From a virus (Duplodnaviria > Caudoviricetes), in IMG/VR virus record IMGVR_UViG_3300026116_000035: a DNA stretch of 64,000 nt, one strand, 5' to 3'. The notes below the pieces were generated by a model that saw nothing but the letters and a program-made list of their open reading frames with translations, ran no database searches and was not told the origin of the DNA. Within the stretch, counting starts at the first letter, position 1; every line of letters begins with the position of its first letter. The position numbers and the translations under genes were made by a program. Shown here one piece after another: positions 27,736-37,481 of the stretch.

Positions 27736-28233
27736 ATGCCAAAAGCTAAAAAAAATAAAAAAGGTATCGGTATATCAGGGGGCGGAGAATCCATCGATCG
27801 CACCAAAAATAGGTCCGACCATTATCAGCCAATTATCTGCGAAGCCCCCTGTAGCCCCGAAATGCTCACTGAAGTAGCCGATGGGGACGGTATCTCCACG
27901 CAACTTAATCCTTTTAATTATAATGAAGAACTAATTGAATTAAGAGATCAATTAAAAGCAGCTATGTGGAGATTGATTGAAGAAGAATTGACAGATAGAC
28001 AAGCAGAAGTTATAAAGTTATACGCATTAGGAAAGACTCAAACTGAAATCGCGAAGCAATTAGGTATTAATCAAAGTTCGATCACGAAAAGTCTTAGAGG
28101 TAATTGTGACTATCGTAATGGTAAAAAGGTTTATGGTGGAGCTCAAAAGAAACTCAGAAAAATTGCTGATAAAGATTCCGAAATAAAAGAAATTTTAAAT
28201 AGAATTAGTGAAATAGAAGGTGATATTTTTTAA
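27736..28233 (+). CDS. sigma-70 region 4-like HTH protein
   Basis: LTDRQAEVIKLYALGKTQTEIAKQLGINQSSITKSL; GAGGAG RBS. Confidence 0.75.
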   Translation: MPKAKKNKKGIGISGGGESIDRTKNRSDHYQPIICEAPCSPEMLTEVADGDGISTQLNPFNYNEELIELRDQLKAAMWRLIEEELTDRQAEVIKLYALGKTQTEIAKQLGINQSSITKSLRGNCDYRNGKKVYGGAQKKLRKIADKDSEIKEILNRISEIEGDIF

Positions 28234-28405
28234 TATATTGAATTGATTTTTATTTAATGAAAAGCTCCTCCGTGGGAAACTTTTTTCTACATTTGTTACT
28301 CACGGACTTCTGAGGGGTAATTTGGAAAAAGATCGATTTGGTTACATTTCTGCGTTGACTTCGAATCGTGCGATGCATATAGTGTTTCTACTCAAGGAGA
28401 TACAT

Positions 28406-28813
28406 ATGAATAATAAAGATGAAGCAAATAAAATTCGCCGAGAAAAATATGCAGAAAATCCAACACCTCATATTGAGCATGCTACTGAATATTATTATAA
28501 CAATAAAGAATCTGTTTTAAATAAACAAAAAGAATATCGTAAATTAAATGCTGAAAAACGAAAAGAGCTAAATAAACAATATTATGAAGCTAATAAAGAA
28601 GCTTCAGCAAATTCTACAGCTGAGAAAAGAAAAATTATTAAAGAACAAAATGACCTTCTAACTAAAGAAGAAATTTATAGTAAAACTCCAATAAAATATT
28701 GTCCTAAATGTAACATATCACACAATAGTGAAGATTTTTTTATTGATAAGACTAAAAAAGACGGTTTATCAAGAATTTGTAAAGCAGCTAAAAAATTGGA
28801 AAAACTAAAATGA
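28406..28813 (+). CDS. stand-alone paralogue of the C-terminal (DNA-binding) half of the downstream GIY-YIG protein
   Basis: AAGGAG RBS before ATG 28406 (track start 28322 is an upstream TTG); aligns with the last ~135 aa of 28810..29724. Confidence 0.75.
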   Translation: MNNKDEANKIRREKYAENPTPHIEHATEYYYNNKESVLNKQKEYRKLNAEKRKELNKQYYEANKEASANSTAEKRKIIKEQNDLLTKEEIYSKTPIKYCPKCNISHNSEDFFIDKTKKDGLSRICKAAKKLEKLK

Positions 28814-29724
28814 GAACTTATTATATCTATAAGTATACTAATTTAGTTGATGCTAATCATAAAATCTATGTAGGGCAATGTTTTAATATAGAACAACGAA
28901 AACGAGCTCATAAATCAGCAGCGAAAAAGAACAGTGAGGCTTGCCCTTTATTTTATAGGGCTTTAAGAAAATATGGCTACGAAAGCTTTAGTTTTGAAAT
29001 TTTAGAAGAAATTGTCACAGATCAGGCTGGGATTGATGAAAGAGAAATTTTCTGGATTAAGGAATTAGATGCCACTAATAATGATGTAGGATATAATCTA
29101 AGTGGTGGTGGATTTGGAAACTCAAATCCATTAAATACGGATTCTCATAAACAGTGTCCGAGATGTAAATTAGTAAAATCACGAGAAGATGATTATACTA
29201 AAAATGCATATAGTCATGATGGCATTTGTTTTTGCTGTAAAGAATGTCATGCTAAAATTACTGCTGAATATAAATCTGGACTTTCTGAAGAAGAAAAAGA
29301 ACGTCGAAATCAAGTTAGAAGAGATGCTTATGCTAAAAATCCTGAACCTTATATTCAACAAGCTAAAAATTATTATGAAAATAATAAAGACAAAGTAAGT
29401 CTTTATAAAAAGGAATATGCTGAAAAAAATAAAGAAATAATTAAGGAAAAAAATAAACAATATAAAGACGATAATAAAGAAATTTTACTTCAAAATGATA
29501 AAGAGTATAGACGGCAAGTTAAAGATGCTAATTCAAAACTAACCAAAGAACAAATATTTGCTCGAACTCCTATTAAATTTTGTGCCGGAACGTGTCAAAA
29601 AGATATAGATTCTATTAATTTCTATATAGATTTAACAAGAGTTGATGGGTTAGCTAGAATTTGTAAAGAATGCCATAAGGCTAGGATGGCAATTAATCGT
29701 GAAAGTAAAAGAATAATGGTTTGA
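28810..29724 (+). CDS. GIY-YIG endonuclease (free-standing homing-endonuclease type) with two zinc ribbons
   Basis: YYIYKYTN...KIYVGQ...R...H, ALRKYG..SFSFEILEE, EREIFWI, GYNLSGGG; CPRC..CKEC and CAGTC..CKEC. Confidence 0.88.
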   Translation: MRTYYIYKYTNLVDANHKIYVGQCFNIEQRKRAHKSAAKKNSEACPLFYRALRKYGYESFSFEILEEIVTDQAGIDEREIFWIKELDATNNDVGYNLSGGGFGNSNPLNTDSHKQCPRCKLVKSREDDYTKNAYSHDGICFCCKECHAKITAEYKSGLSEEEKERRNQVRRDAYAKNPEPYIQQAKNYYENNKDKVSLYKKEYAEKNKEIIKEKNKQYKDDNKEILLQNDKEYRRQVKDANSKLTKEQIFARTPIKFCAGTCQKDIDSINFYIDLTRVDGLARICKECHKARMAINRESKRIMV

Positions 29725-29753
29725 TATAATTAAACAATATATTAAATTTATGG

Positions 29754-29793
29754 AATCCGGATATTTGAATAAAATATCCGGATTTTTTATTTT
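29754..29793 (+). terminator. intrinsic terminator, perfect 13-bp inverted repeat
   Basis: AATCCGGATATTT-gaata-AAATATCCGGATT followed by T tract; closes the replication block. Confidence 0.8.
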
Positions 29794-29887
29794 GTGCGTT
29801 ATAGTATTAAAACAGGGTATTAATTTTATAATAATTCTACTACTTTAAAGACATAAATTTGAGTTATATGTATTTTTGGAGAATTTA

Positions 29888-30349
29888 ATGGACAAACATT
29901 CGGTTGATTATGAGTCAATAAATAAAAAGCTTACGGCTAAAAAAGCTTATAAATACAATGATGTTAAAGATCATTTAATTAAAGTAGCTTTTGATGTCGT
30001 TAAGTTTAAAGATGCTGATAATATCGATGGATTGTGGCAAATTCAAAGTGCAGATGATGGTGAAGTAATTGTGGCATTATATGAAGAGACGCCGAAATTA
30101 GAAACGCGTTCTTCATGGTCAGCAGTTCCAGATAAAACCGCATCTTATGTTCATATATTCTATAAAAATGAACCAATCACTAAGTTAGCTATGGCTTCTT
30201 TGGGTATTCAGGAAAAGGATACGGTTTCATTTATTGAGACTTTACCGAAGATTTTGGCTGAAAATTCAAGCATTCGTACGCAAATGTTGAGAGAATTAAA
30301 TAGCGAAGATAAGTCAAATCTTATTAAAAAATATCCAGAATTAGGCTAA
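29888..30349 (+). CDS. hypothetical protein, start of head/packaging block
   Basis: GGAG RBS before ATG 29888 (track start 29876 is TTG). Confidence 0.75.
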   Translation: MDKHSVDYESINKKLTAKKAYKYNDVKDHLIKVAFDVVKFKDADNIDGLWQIQSADDGEVIVALYEETPKLETRSSWSAVPDKTASYVHIFYKNEPITKLAMASLGIQEKDTVSFIETLPKILAENSSIRTQMLRELNSEDKSNLIKKYPELG

Positions 30350-30361
30350 TGAGGAATTTAA

Positions 30362-31972
30362 ATGAATCCGAATGATATTAACAATTTTAAGAAAGCGATG
30401 GACGTAGTAACCAACGTAATAGAAGCTAAAGAGAAGTTTCTAGTAGGTCCATTAGCGATAAGATTAAGTAGAGCTGCCGAGGAGAATCCTGGAGATACAA
30501 CGATTCATTCGATGTCTGCTTTTCTTCGTTTAAAAGCTGAAAAAGAGATGTTTATTTCTAAAGCTGAATTAAATTCTGTATATAATAAATTTTATACTAC
30601 CGGGACTCATTGTGCTGAATATTTTGATAAAGAAATTTCAAAACAAGCTGATTTTCAAGGTAATAAAATGAATCGTGACCCGAATGAAGGGAGTTACGAT
30701 TATTTTAAGTCAGCAGATCCTCTTTTAGTTAATGCATTAGAGTCGGCTTTTGATCCTAAAGCTCCATTAAAATTATATTCAAAAGAAATTGCGAAATCTG
30801 CTGAAAATGTTTGTAATAAAGAATTGAGTTATTTTCCTGTTCAGCCTGCAAAAATTGAAACAGTAGCTGGTAATGAGGATGTTCTTTTATGCAAAGCTAG
30901 TTATGAGACGCCAAAAGGTCAGAGTCATGTATTAATCCCTGTAGAAATTGCTGGTGATAAAGCTTTGTTTCCAACGGTATTTGTAAGTGAAGCTGGTTTT
31001 GAGACGTTAAATCATGATAATTTGGGTAAGCATTTAATTGCTAGTGTAGGGAAAAATTTTAAAGCTAATGTTGATGCTATATTAAATGTAATAAAAACGG
31101 CAAAACATGGAGTTAAGCCTGATGAAGCATTAAATGATGTTGAGAAGATTGTAATAAAGGCTTCATTAAATAAAAAAGCTAATGTTGTTGAAAATGGTTT
31201 ATATTTTGAATTAAATGATAAAAATTCAGGTGATGTTAAATTAGAATCAAAAGCTGAAGAAGTTGAAACATTTGCTCAAAAATTAAGTTCAGCGAAAGGT
31301 ATAGCTGAGGTAACGTATGGTAAATCAGTAGTTGATGTTGGCAGAACTATGATTCGTCAAGCTATGGAATCATTTGGGCATAAAGTTCAGGTTGTAGTAG
31401 CGGATGTTAATAATACTCAGGTAGTTTATGCAGTATCTAATGGAGTAACTGGATTAAAAGTTCCGGTTAAATTTGCAAATAATCGTCCAGTACCTCCAAC
31501 GGTAGCTTTGGCTGGTGGTATGGTTGAATCATTTGATAAAGATGGAGTTGATAAATTATTTAGTGAACAAGATTTTGCAAAGGCTTCATTAGCTTCAGAA
31601 TTTTACGGATCAAAGCCTAGTGAATTAATTGAAACCATTAAAGTTTCAATGAGTAATCGAGATTTTACTAAGGCTGAAGATGCGTTAAATGTACTAGCTA
31701 ATTCTGGAGATGAAAAAGCGTATCAATTTGGAATGAGTGTATATTTAAATGAGCTTGGTTCAAAGGGTGTAGAGAAGACGGCATCTGTCCATAAGTGTGC
31801 AATGCAGATAAAGAGTCCGAATAGTATACATATAATGTGTGGTCATATGAATTTGCCATTAAATAAAGTATATCAAGATGCTCAAGGAAACTGTTTACCA
31901 CTTTATCGTAAAAATGCTGAACATACAAATGAAAGTGGATCATTTCTTGATTCCAAAATTTATATAGGATAA
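30362..31972 (+). CDS. probable head morphogenesis protein
   Basis: GAGGA RBS; K-x-A motifs (KTASVH); located in morphogenesis block. Confidence 0.6.
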   Translation: MNPNDINNFKKAMDVVTNVIEAKEKFLVGPLAIRLSRAAEENPGDTTIHSMSAFLRLKAEKEMFISKAELNSVYNKFYTTGTHCAEYFDKEISKQADFQGNKMNRDPNEGSYDYFKSADPLLVNALESAFDPKAPLKLYSKEIAKSAENVCNKELSYFPVQPAKIETVAGNEDVLLCKASYETPKGQSHVLIPVEIAGDKALFPTVFVSEAGFETLNHDNLGKHLIASVGKNFKANVDAILNVIKTAKHGVKPDEALNDVEKIVIKASLNKKANVVENGLYFELNDKNSGDVKLESKAEEVETFAQKLSSAKGIAEVTYGKSVVDVGRTMIRQAMESFGHKVQVVVADVNNTQVVYAVSNGVTGLKVPVKFANNRPVPPTVALAGGMVESFDKDGVDKLFSEQDFAKASLASEFYGSKPSELIETIKVSMSNRDFTKAEDALNVLANSGDEKAYQFGMSVYLNELGSKGVEKTASVHKCAMQIKSPNSIHIMCGHMNLPLNKVYQDAQGNCLPLYRKNAEHTNESGSFLDSKIYIG

Positions 31973-31974
31973 AA

Positions 31975-32814
31975 ATGGTCAAAGTATCGATATTACTTGA
32001 AAAATTAGCTAATCAATTGGATGATCCTGATAGTGAAATTATTATGGCTTCAGAAAATGATGAGCATATGCTTAATATTGTAAGTTATGCTTTGGTACAT
32101 GCGGCTGGAATTTTAAGAAAAGCGGCAAAAGATGTATTAAAAATTGAGCCAGCTATTGATGCAGATAGTTTGCAAGAGTTATCATTAGTGGCGGCAGATT
32201 TAGATTTAGATGAAGAATTGAGTAAATATGCGGATGGTATTGATACTGCCTTAGATCTTTTTAGTAAATCTTCTGAAAAAGATAGTGAATCGATTGAAAA
32301 TGTTGGTAAATTAGCTGAAATATTTGATAAATCAGAAAATGAATCCTTAAATAAATTAGCTTCTGTGTTAGATGAAATTTTATTAACTATTGGTGCACCG
32401 AAAGATTCAGTTCAAAAGATTAAATCAGCTGAAGATAGTGAAATTGAGAAAATAAGAAATAAACATCGTAAGCCTTCTTCGGATTTTTTTTCGTTAGGAA
32501 ATGAAAAAAAACAAGAGATGGAAGATGCTGCAGTTAAGGCAATAAATGAAAAAGTTAAAGAATATAAGCCTATGGAGCATGCATTAAATACTAGATATTG
32601 TCCAGATCATGCTGGCGTGAGTTTAATGCGAATTGGCGATGGTGTATGGCAGTGTGAATTAGATAAAAAAATATACGATTTTAATAGTGGTTATACAACG
32701 TTAGATGGTGATAAAGTTCCAGGTACTAGTGTTTCTAATCAAACTCAAAATTTAAGAGATCACGCACCGGAACATATTAATTTTTCTAATCGTGAGCAGA
32801 AGCTTAACGGCTGA
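31975..32814 (+). CDS. probable head protein with repeated helical modules and C-terminal Cys/His site
   Basis: LSKYADGID, LNKLASVLDEIL; RYCPDH...WQC. Confidence 0.6.
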   Translation: MVKVSILLEKLANQLDDPDSEIIMASENDEHMLNIVSYALVHAAGILRKAAKDVLKIEPAIDADSLQELSLVAADLDLDEELSKYADGIDTALDLFSKSSEKDSESIENVGKLAEIFDKSENESLNKLASVLDEILLTIGAPKDSVQKIKSAEDSEIEKIRNKHRKPSSDFFSLGNEKKQEMEDAAVKAINEKVKEYKPMEHALNTRYCPDHAGVSLMRIGDGVWQCELDKKIYDFNSGYTTLDGDKVPGTSVSNQTQNLRDHAPEHINFSNREQKLNG

Positions 32815-32889
32815 TATAGATTACCTTTAAATGGAGGTATAAATGCCGATTAACAATAAATTTAAACAAAATAATAAAGAGGCAGATTA

Positions 32890-33639
32890 ATGGCAGTTGA
32901 CTATAGTAAAATACTGAGTCATCCAGAATCTGAATCTATTATAAGTAAATTAGTTTCTGGTATTACTCCGAAAGATATAGCTGAGTATTTAAAAATTAAA
33001 TACCAAGGTAAAGATGAAGCGCATTTACGTCTTTCTGCGGCTTTATTAAAAGATTTTATAGATTCTAATTTAAATTTATACGAAACTTTAAATCAAGATA
33101 TTCAAGCTGCAAAAAATGGCAATCTTGATAAAAAAGTATCAGCTTTTTTGCGAAATAATAGAACATATCAGCAAATTATGGTCGAAATGGCTGATAAAGA
33201 AGTTGATGTTAAGAAAATGTTACAAAAAGTTGCAGTATTGCTTGAAGTTCGTTTAGAGCAATTCTGGGATAAAATGCAAGAAAATCCAGCTAATTTAAAA
33301 GCTGATTATGGTTTATTGAAATATTTTGAAACACTTATGAATTATACAGAAAAGTATAATAAAATTGTAAATCAAAGTCCAGATCAGATTATACAACATA
33401 ATGTAACGGTTCAAGTGATGGATCAATATGTTGCAATTTTTCAAGATGCAATAAGGGAGACGTTAGCTGAGATCGATCCTGATTCTGCCTTTTCATTTAT
33501 GGAAAAATTTAATGAAAAATTCCAAAATTTACAACTTCCTGAGCAAATGAAGGTGAGTAAGCCGTTAACAACTGAGAAAAGATATTTGGAGGCAGAAGTA
33601 TTATCTACAAAATTAGAAGAAATTGAAGGAAAATCGTGA
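32890..33639 (+). CDS. hypothetical helical protein, possible terminase small subunit
   Basis: N-terminal HTH-like segment (ITPKDIAEYLK) plus coiled coil; about 4.5 kb upstream of TerL; assignment from context only. Confidence 0.35.
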   Translation: MAVDYSKILSHPESESIISKLVSGITPKDIAEYLKIKYQGKDEAHLRLSAALLKDFIDSNLNLYETLNQDIQAAKNGNLDKKVSAFLRNNRTYQQIMVEMADKEVDVKKMLQKVAVLLEVRLEQFWDKMQENPANLKADYGLLKYFETLMNYTEKYNKIVNQSPDQIIQHNVTVQVMDQYVAIFQDAIRETLAEIDPDSAFSFMEKFNEKFQNLQLPEQMKVSKPLTTEKRYLEAEVLSTKLEEIEGKS

Positions 33640-35120
33640 ATCCAATAGATAAAATTGCATATCCTGTAGGTGGAGAATTTTTATATGTAAATCCTCCGCA
33701 TAATATTGAAGCATGGATGAATACATTAAAACACATTTATGTTTTAACTAATAAGGGTATGGATTTTAATAAAGCATTAGATGTAATTACTGAAAAATGG
33801 GATAATATGGATAAGCGAGATTTTAAAAATTGGATTGCTTTTTATCAACAAGGTGGTCATACGGCATATAAAAAAGCAGAATTAGAAAAAAATGCTCAAT
33901 ATATGCCTGGAGCTTTTTTGGATATGAATGAATTACGTTCTGTAATTCCTGGAGTTCCTACAAGATATGAAGAAGATGAAGTTCCAAATCAAGAAATTAT
34001 ATCTCAAAAAACTGACAAACAAAGACGAGAAGAGCAGGAAAAGCAAGAGAAAGAATATATTGATCAACAAATTAAAGCATTAATTGGTAGATTAAATGCC
34101 GCTGAAAGAATAGCTACAACTCGTGGTATTGATAAAGCTTTAGGTCCTGTATATGAAAATTGGTTAAAAGCGCTTCATGATTTAAAAAGAGAAATCCAAG
34201 TTGCTCCTTTTAGAACTGTAAAATCATCTTTATTAATTGATTTAATTGTTAGGAAGGGTAATCAATTATTTGCTAATGGTTATGAAAAATCTGCTCAAAT
34301 TATGTATAAATTAGCACAAGTAGCCCCACCGCCATTAGAAAATGTTCCGGAATTGCCAGCAGAACCTTCTTTGGAAACTACTACAGATCCGGCTACGTCT
34401 GAAATGCCAACAGAATTACCTAATATAGAACCATCAAATGATAAAAAAGATGAAGATTGGGTGGAAGAATTTTTAAATGGATTAAATGGTATTGTTGATT
34501 CTAGTGAGGCAGATGATGAACTTTCTGTTTCGGATGGTGATTTAACTATTACAGCTCAAGCGGCACCAGTGCTTCCGGCAAGTCCAGTTGAAAAAGCTCC
34601 AGTAGATTTAGGAAGTGAGTTAGAACAGGCATTAGCACATGTAACAATTGATGAAGTTATTGGTAAATTAGAAGTTGTTTCTAATATATTTAAAAATCGT
34701 GAAATTTCAAGACAGTTAGCTATGGTAGATATAATGATGGATCAACTTGGCATTTCATCATTTTTCCCGGAATTAGCTGAAGCAACTTCGAAATCTTTAG
34801 AATCAAATCAATATTGTTCTACTCGTGTTGAAGATATTTTAGGTAGATTAAAGGGTAGTGTTAATGTACCGGCTGATCAAGCTTTGGATTTAGAAGGAAA
34901 TGAACCTGGTGCAGCTGAGGGTAATGCTGTAAATCTTAAAAATCAATTAAATATTGAAAAACAGAAAGAAGATGCTCGTAAAAAGAGTAGAGAAGAAGCT
35001 TCAGAAGCAGCGGAAGATGCGGCAATAAGCAATAAACAAGCTCCTCAGGCAGTAAATACAGAAGCATTAAATCAACCGACTGAAGTTCAAGCTCCAACGG
35101 CTCCAGGAGTTAGGGTTTAA
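33636..35120 (+). CDS. probable internal head protein
   Basis: Several K-x-A-Q motifs (KNAQ, KLAQ) followed by Pro/acidic segments. Confidence 0.55.
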   Translation: MNPIDKIAYPVGGEFLYVNPPHNIEAWMNTLKHIYVLTNKGMDFNKALDVITEKWDNMDKRDFKNWIAFYQQGGHTAYKKAELEKNAQYMPGAFLDMNELRSVIPGVPTRYEEDEVPNQEIISQKTDKQRREEQEKQEKEYIDQQIKALIGRLNAAERIATTRGIDKALGPVYENWLKALHDLKREIQVAPFRTVKSSLLIDLIVRKGNQLFANGYEKSAQIMYKLAQVAPPPLENVPELPAEPSLETTTDPATSEMPTELPNIEPSNDKKDEDWVEEFLNGLNGIVDSSEADDELSVSDGDLTITAQAAPVLPASPVEKAPVDLGSELEQALAHVTIDEVIGKLEVVSNIFKNREISRQLAMVDIMMDQLGISSFFPELAEATSKSLESNQYCSTRVEDILGRLKGSVNVPADQALDLEGNEPGAAEGNAVNLKNQLNIEKQKEDARKKSREEASEAAEDAAISNKQAPQAVNTEALNQPTEVQAPTAPGVRV

Positions 35121-35123
35121 TGA

Positions 35124-35876
35124 ATGAATTTATCTGAAATCCTTAGCATATTATCCGGAATAGCTGCCGAAATGAATAGTAATATTTTTATCGTTGGCGG
35201 AGCTCCACGTGATAAGGTTATGGGTTTATCTAATAATATTGAAGATATAGATTTAACTTCTGGCGATAATAAAATTCATTATATTGCAAAAGAAGCTTCA
35301 ATTAAATTAAAAGATATTAATTCTGTATATAAAGTTTTAGATGATGGGCATGCACAGATAACTATTGGTGGATTTAAATTAGATTTTTCTTCTAATTTTA
35401 ATATACCTGATATTAAAAATATATTGCAAAAGGCTGGATTAAAAGGCCCTAGTGATATGCAGGCTGAATTATATTCTAGAGATTTTACTTGTAATACTTT
35501 GCTTATGAGTTTGGATTTAAAGCAAATTTTAGATCCAACTGGTTTAGCTTTAAAAGATATTAAATCAAAAATTTTAAGAACTTGTTTACCTGCAGCTGTA
35601 ACTTTAGGTTATGATAATAAAAGAGTTGTAAGAATTCTTTATATGGCCGCCAAACTTAATTTTGATGTAGATGAAGAGATAATTAAATGGGTGAAAGAAA
35701 ATCCAAGTAGTATTGCTAATTGTTCTCAAAATTATTTAATAAAAAAATTAGCTAAATCAATTGAGTATAATAAAGATAAAACTGTAGAATTATTAGATAA
35801 AATGAATTTGTGGAAATCTATTCCTCCAATTAAAGATTTACAATCAATAATGGCTAAAAATCCGGAGAGAGTATGA
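35124..35876 (+). CDS. CCA-adding enzyme / poly(A) polymerase family nucleotidyltransferase
   Basis: FIVGGAPRD...EDIDL, SRDFTCN, DPTG...DIKSKILR, DNKRVVR. Confidence 0.85.
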   Translation: MNLSEILSILSGIAAEMNSNIFIVGGAPRDKVMGLSNNIEDIDLTSGDNKIHYIAKEASIKLKDINSVYKVLDDGHAQITIGGFKLDFSSNFNIPDIKNILQKAGLKGPSDMQAELYSRDFTCNTLLMSLDLKQILDPTGLALKDIKSKILRTCLPAAVTLGYDNKRVVRILYMAAKLNFDVDEEIIKWVKENPSSIANCSQNYLIKKLAKSIEYNKDKTVELLDKMNLWKSIPPIKDLQSIMAKNPERV

Positions 35877-36502
35877 AAAATCCTAAATCATTTCAGGCGA
35901 TGAATAAAGAATTTCAATATCTTTGGAATAAATTTGAAAGAGATGATTGGAAAGTCGAAAATCTTGGAGAATATTGTGAAGCTTTAGAGTGTATGGTTAT
36001 GAATTATTTAACTAGAAATAATGCATTAAAACCAAAAGAAGCTGGAGAAATATTATTTAAAAATTATGATTATATAGATCAATCTAAATCTGAAAAAGAA
36101 AATAATGAATCTGGCCCTGGTGGCGGATTGTATAATGGTAAAATGGATAAATATAAATCGGTTAAAGATTTTATTAATTCAGATAGAAAAATGAAAAGAA
36201 AGCAGCGGAAAAAGAAATTAGTTCATTTAATGGCAGAAGATTTGAGTGATATACCTGAAGATGTATTAAATGAGGATGAAGATAAAAAAGATGAGGATGA
36301 AGAGGTAGCTTTGGTAGGAAGTTCATTTATTAATAGAGTCGATCCTTATCCAACATATGATAGTTCTTTTGCCCAGCCGGTTGGGTATTTATTTGATAAT
36401 GATACGATGAGAAATGGGTATATTGGTTTATATAGTGTTTGGGGAAATGAAATAAATAATACTAGTAAATTGGCAGAAGTATATTATGATTTGATTAAAT
36501 AA
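35873..36502 (+). CDS. hypothetical protein
   Basis: ORF track; ATGA overlap. Confidence 0.65.
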   Translation: MKNPKSFQAMNKEFQYLWNKFERDDWKVENLGEYCEALECMVMNYLTRNNALKPKEAGEILFKNYDYIDQSKSEKENNESGPGGGLYNGKMDKYKSVKDFINSDRKMKRKQRKKKLVHLMAEDLSDIPEDVLNEDEDKKDEDEEVALVGSSFINRVDPYPTYDSSFAQPVGYLFDNDTMRNGYIGLYSVWGNEINNTSKLAEVYYDLIK

Positions 36503-36564
36503 GTAATAATTCGATATATTATAAGTAAAACCAAGTATTTTCGTCTGGTTAAGGAATTAAAAAC

Positions 36565-37470
36565 ATGAGTTTAGCAAAAACTGCACAATTATCATCTTCA
36601 AAATTAGATAAAGATCTATTATACATAACTGACGAAGATTTATCTGTATCTGAAGAGGAATGTGAGCCGGAGGATAAAGATGATAAACCTTCCGGAGAAG
36701 TTATTGTATTGGTTACTGAAGAGCCAAAAGAAGAAGTTGAGGAAATTTCTTTTGAATTACCATTAGTTCCTGGTGGTGATTCTCAGGATGAGCTTGAAGA
36801 CGAAAATGATTTATCTGTGGAAGAAGAGGAAGATAAAATAGAGGTAGCTGAGCCTGGCGTTTGGGATTGGAAGGCTCATTTTCCTAAGAATTTTCATATT
36901 TGGTTGAAGAATATGATGTCAAATCCTCCGAAGCATACTGGATTAGATTCAGTAGGTATTGAGCGCTGTGTAGCTTATTTTCAGAAATTAAATACGATTA
37001 TATCACAAGCAGTTCGTTTGGATGTAGATGGTGTTTTAAACATTAATTTAATTGAAAAAGCACGTGAAGAAATTCATAAGGCAATTGATCGATTAAATGA
37101 AAGATTAGATCGTATAAATAGTAATAAATTTAAGAAAAAGAAGAAAGCTGATGAGGATTCTGAAGTATTTGTAAAAGAAGCTCAAAAAGCCGCAGGAGTT
37201 TACGGTAGAATTTCTGTGGTCGTACCTTTATTAATTTCACATATTGCTAGAGTTTGTATTAATAGTGTTGTTAGTGCCGGCAAAAATTTAGAACAAGTAT
37301 TTGATCAAATGGCAAAAAAATATGAGTTAACAACACGGGAAAAAGCGGAGTTAATACAGTTATTATGTGATATGGGCTTTCCGCTTCGTCATCGTGAAGT
37401 TGATTTGGATTCAGATTTTGACGCTTCTTCAGAAAATAATCCAGATTATATTGCTAATTACTTCGCTTAA
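36565..37470 (+). CDS. probable head protein, acidic N-terminal half
   Basis: AAGGA RBS; KTAQ, KKAD, KEAQ motifs. Confidence 0.6.
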   Translation: MSLAKTAQLSSSKLDKDLLYITDEDLSVSEEECEPEDKDDKPSGEVIVLVTEEPKEEVEEISFELPLVPGGDSQDELEDENDLSVEEEEDKIEVAEPGVWDWKAHFPKNFHIWLKNMMSNPPKHTGLDSVGIERCVAYFQKLNTIISQAVRLDVDGVLNINLIEKAREEIHKAIDRLNERLDRINSNKFKKKKKADEDSEVFVKEAQKAAGVYGRISVVVPLLISHIARVCINSVVSAGKNLEQVFDQMAKKYELTTREKAELIQLLCDMGFPLRHREVDLDSDFDASSENNPDYIANYFA

Positions 37471-37481
37471 TAGGAAAAATA

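Noticed and set aside
28322-28405. N-terminal extension of the 28322 ORF (also the extensions at 29876 and 62406)
   Set aside because: Downstream ATGs at 28406, 29888 and 62442 have clear RBS sequences; upstream starts are TTG or GTG without one
28234-29800. Group I intron hosting the GIY-YIG gene
   Set aside because: Flanking genes appear complete and the cassette ends in its own terminator; treated as free-standing
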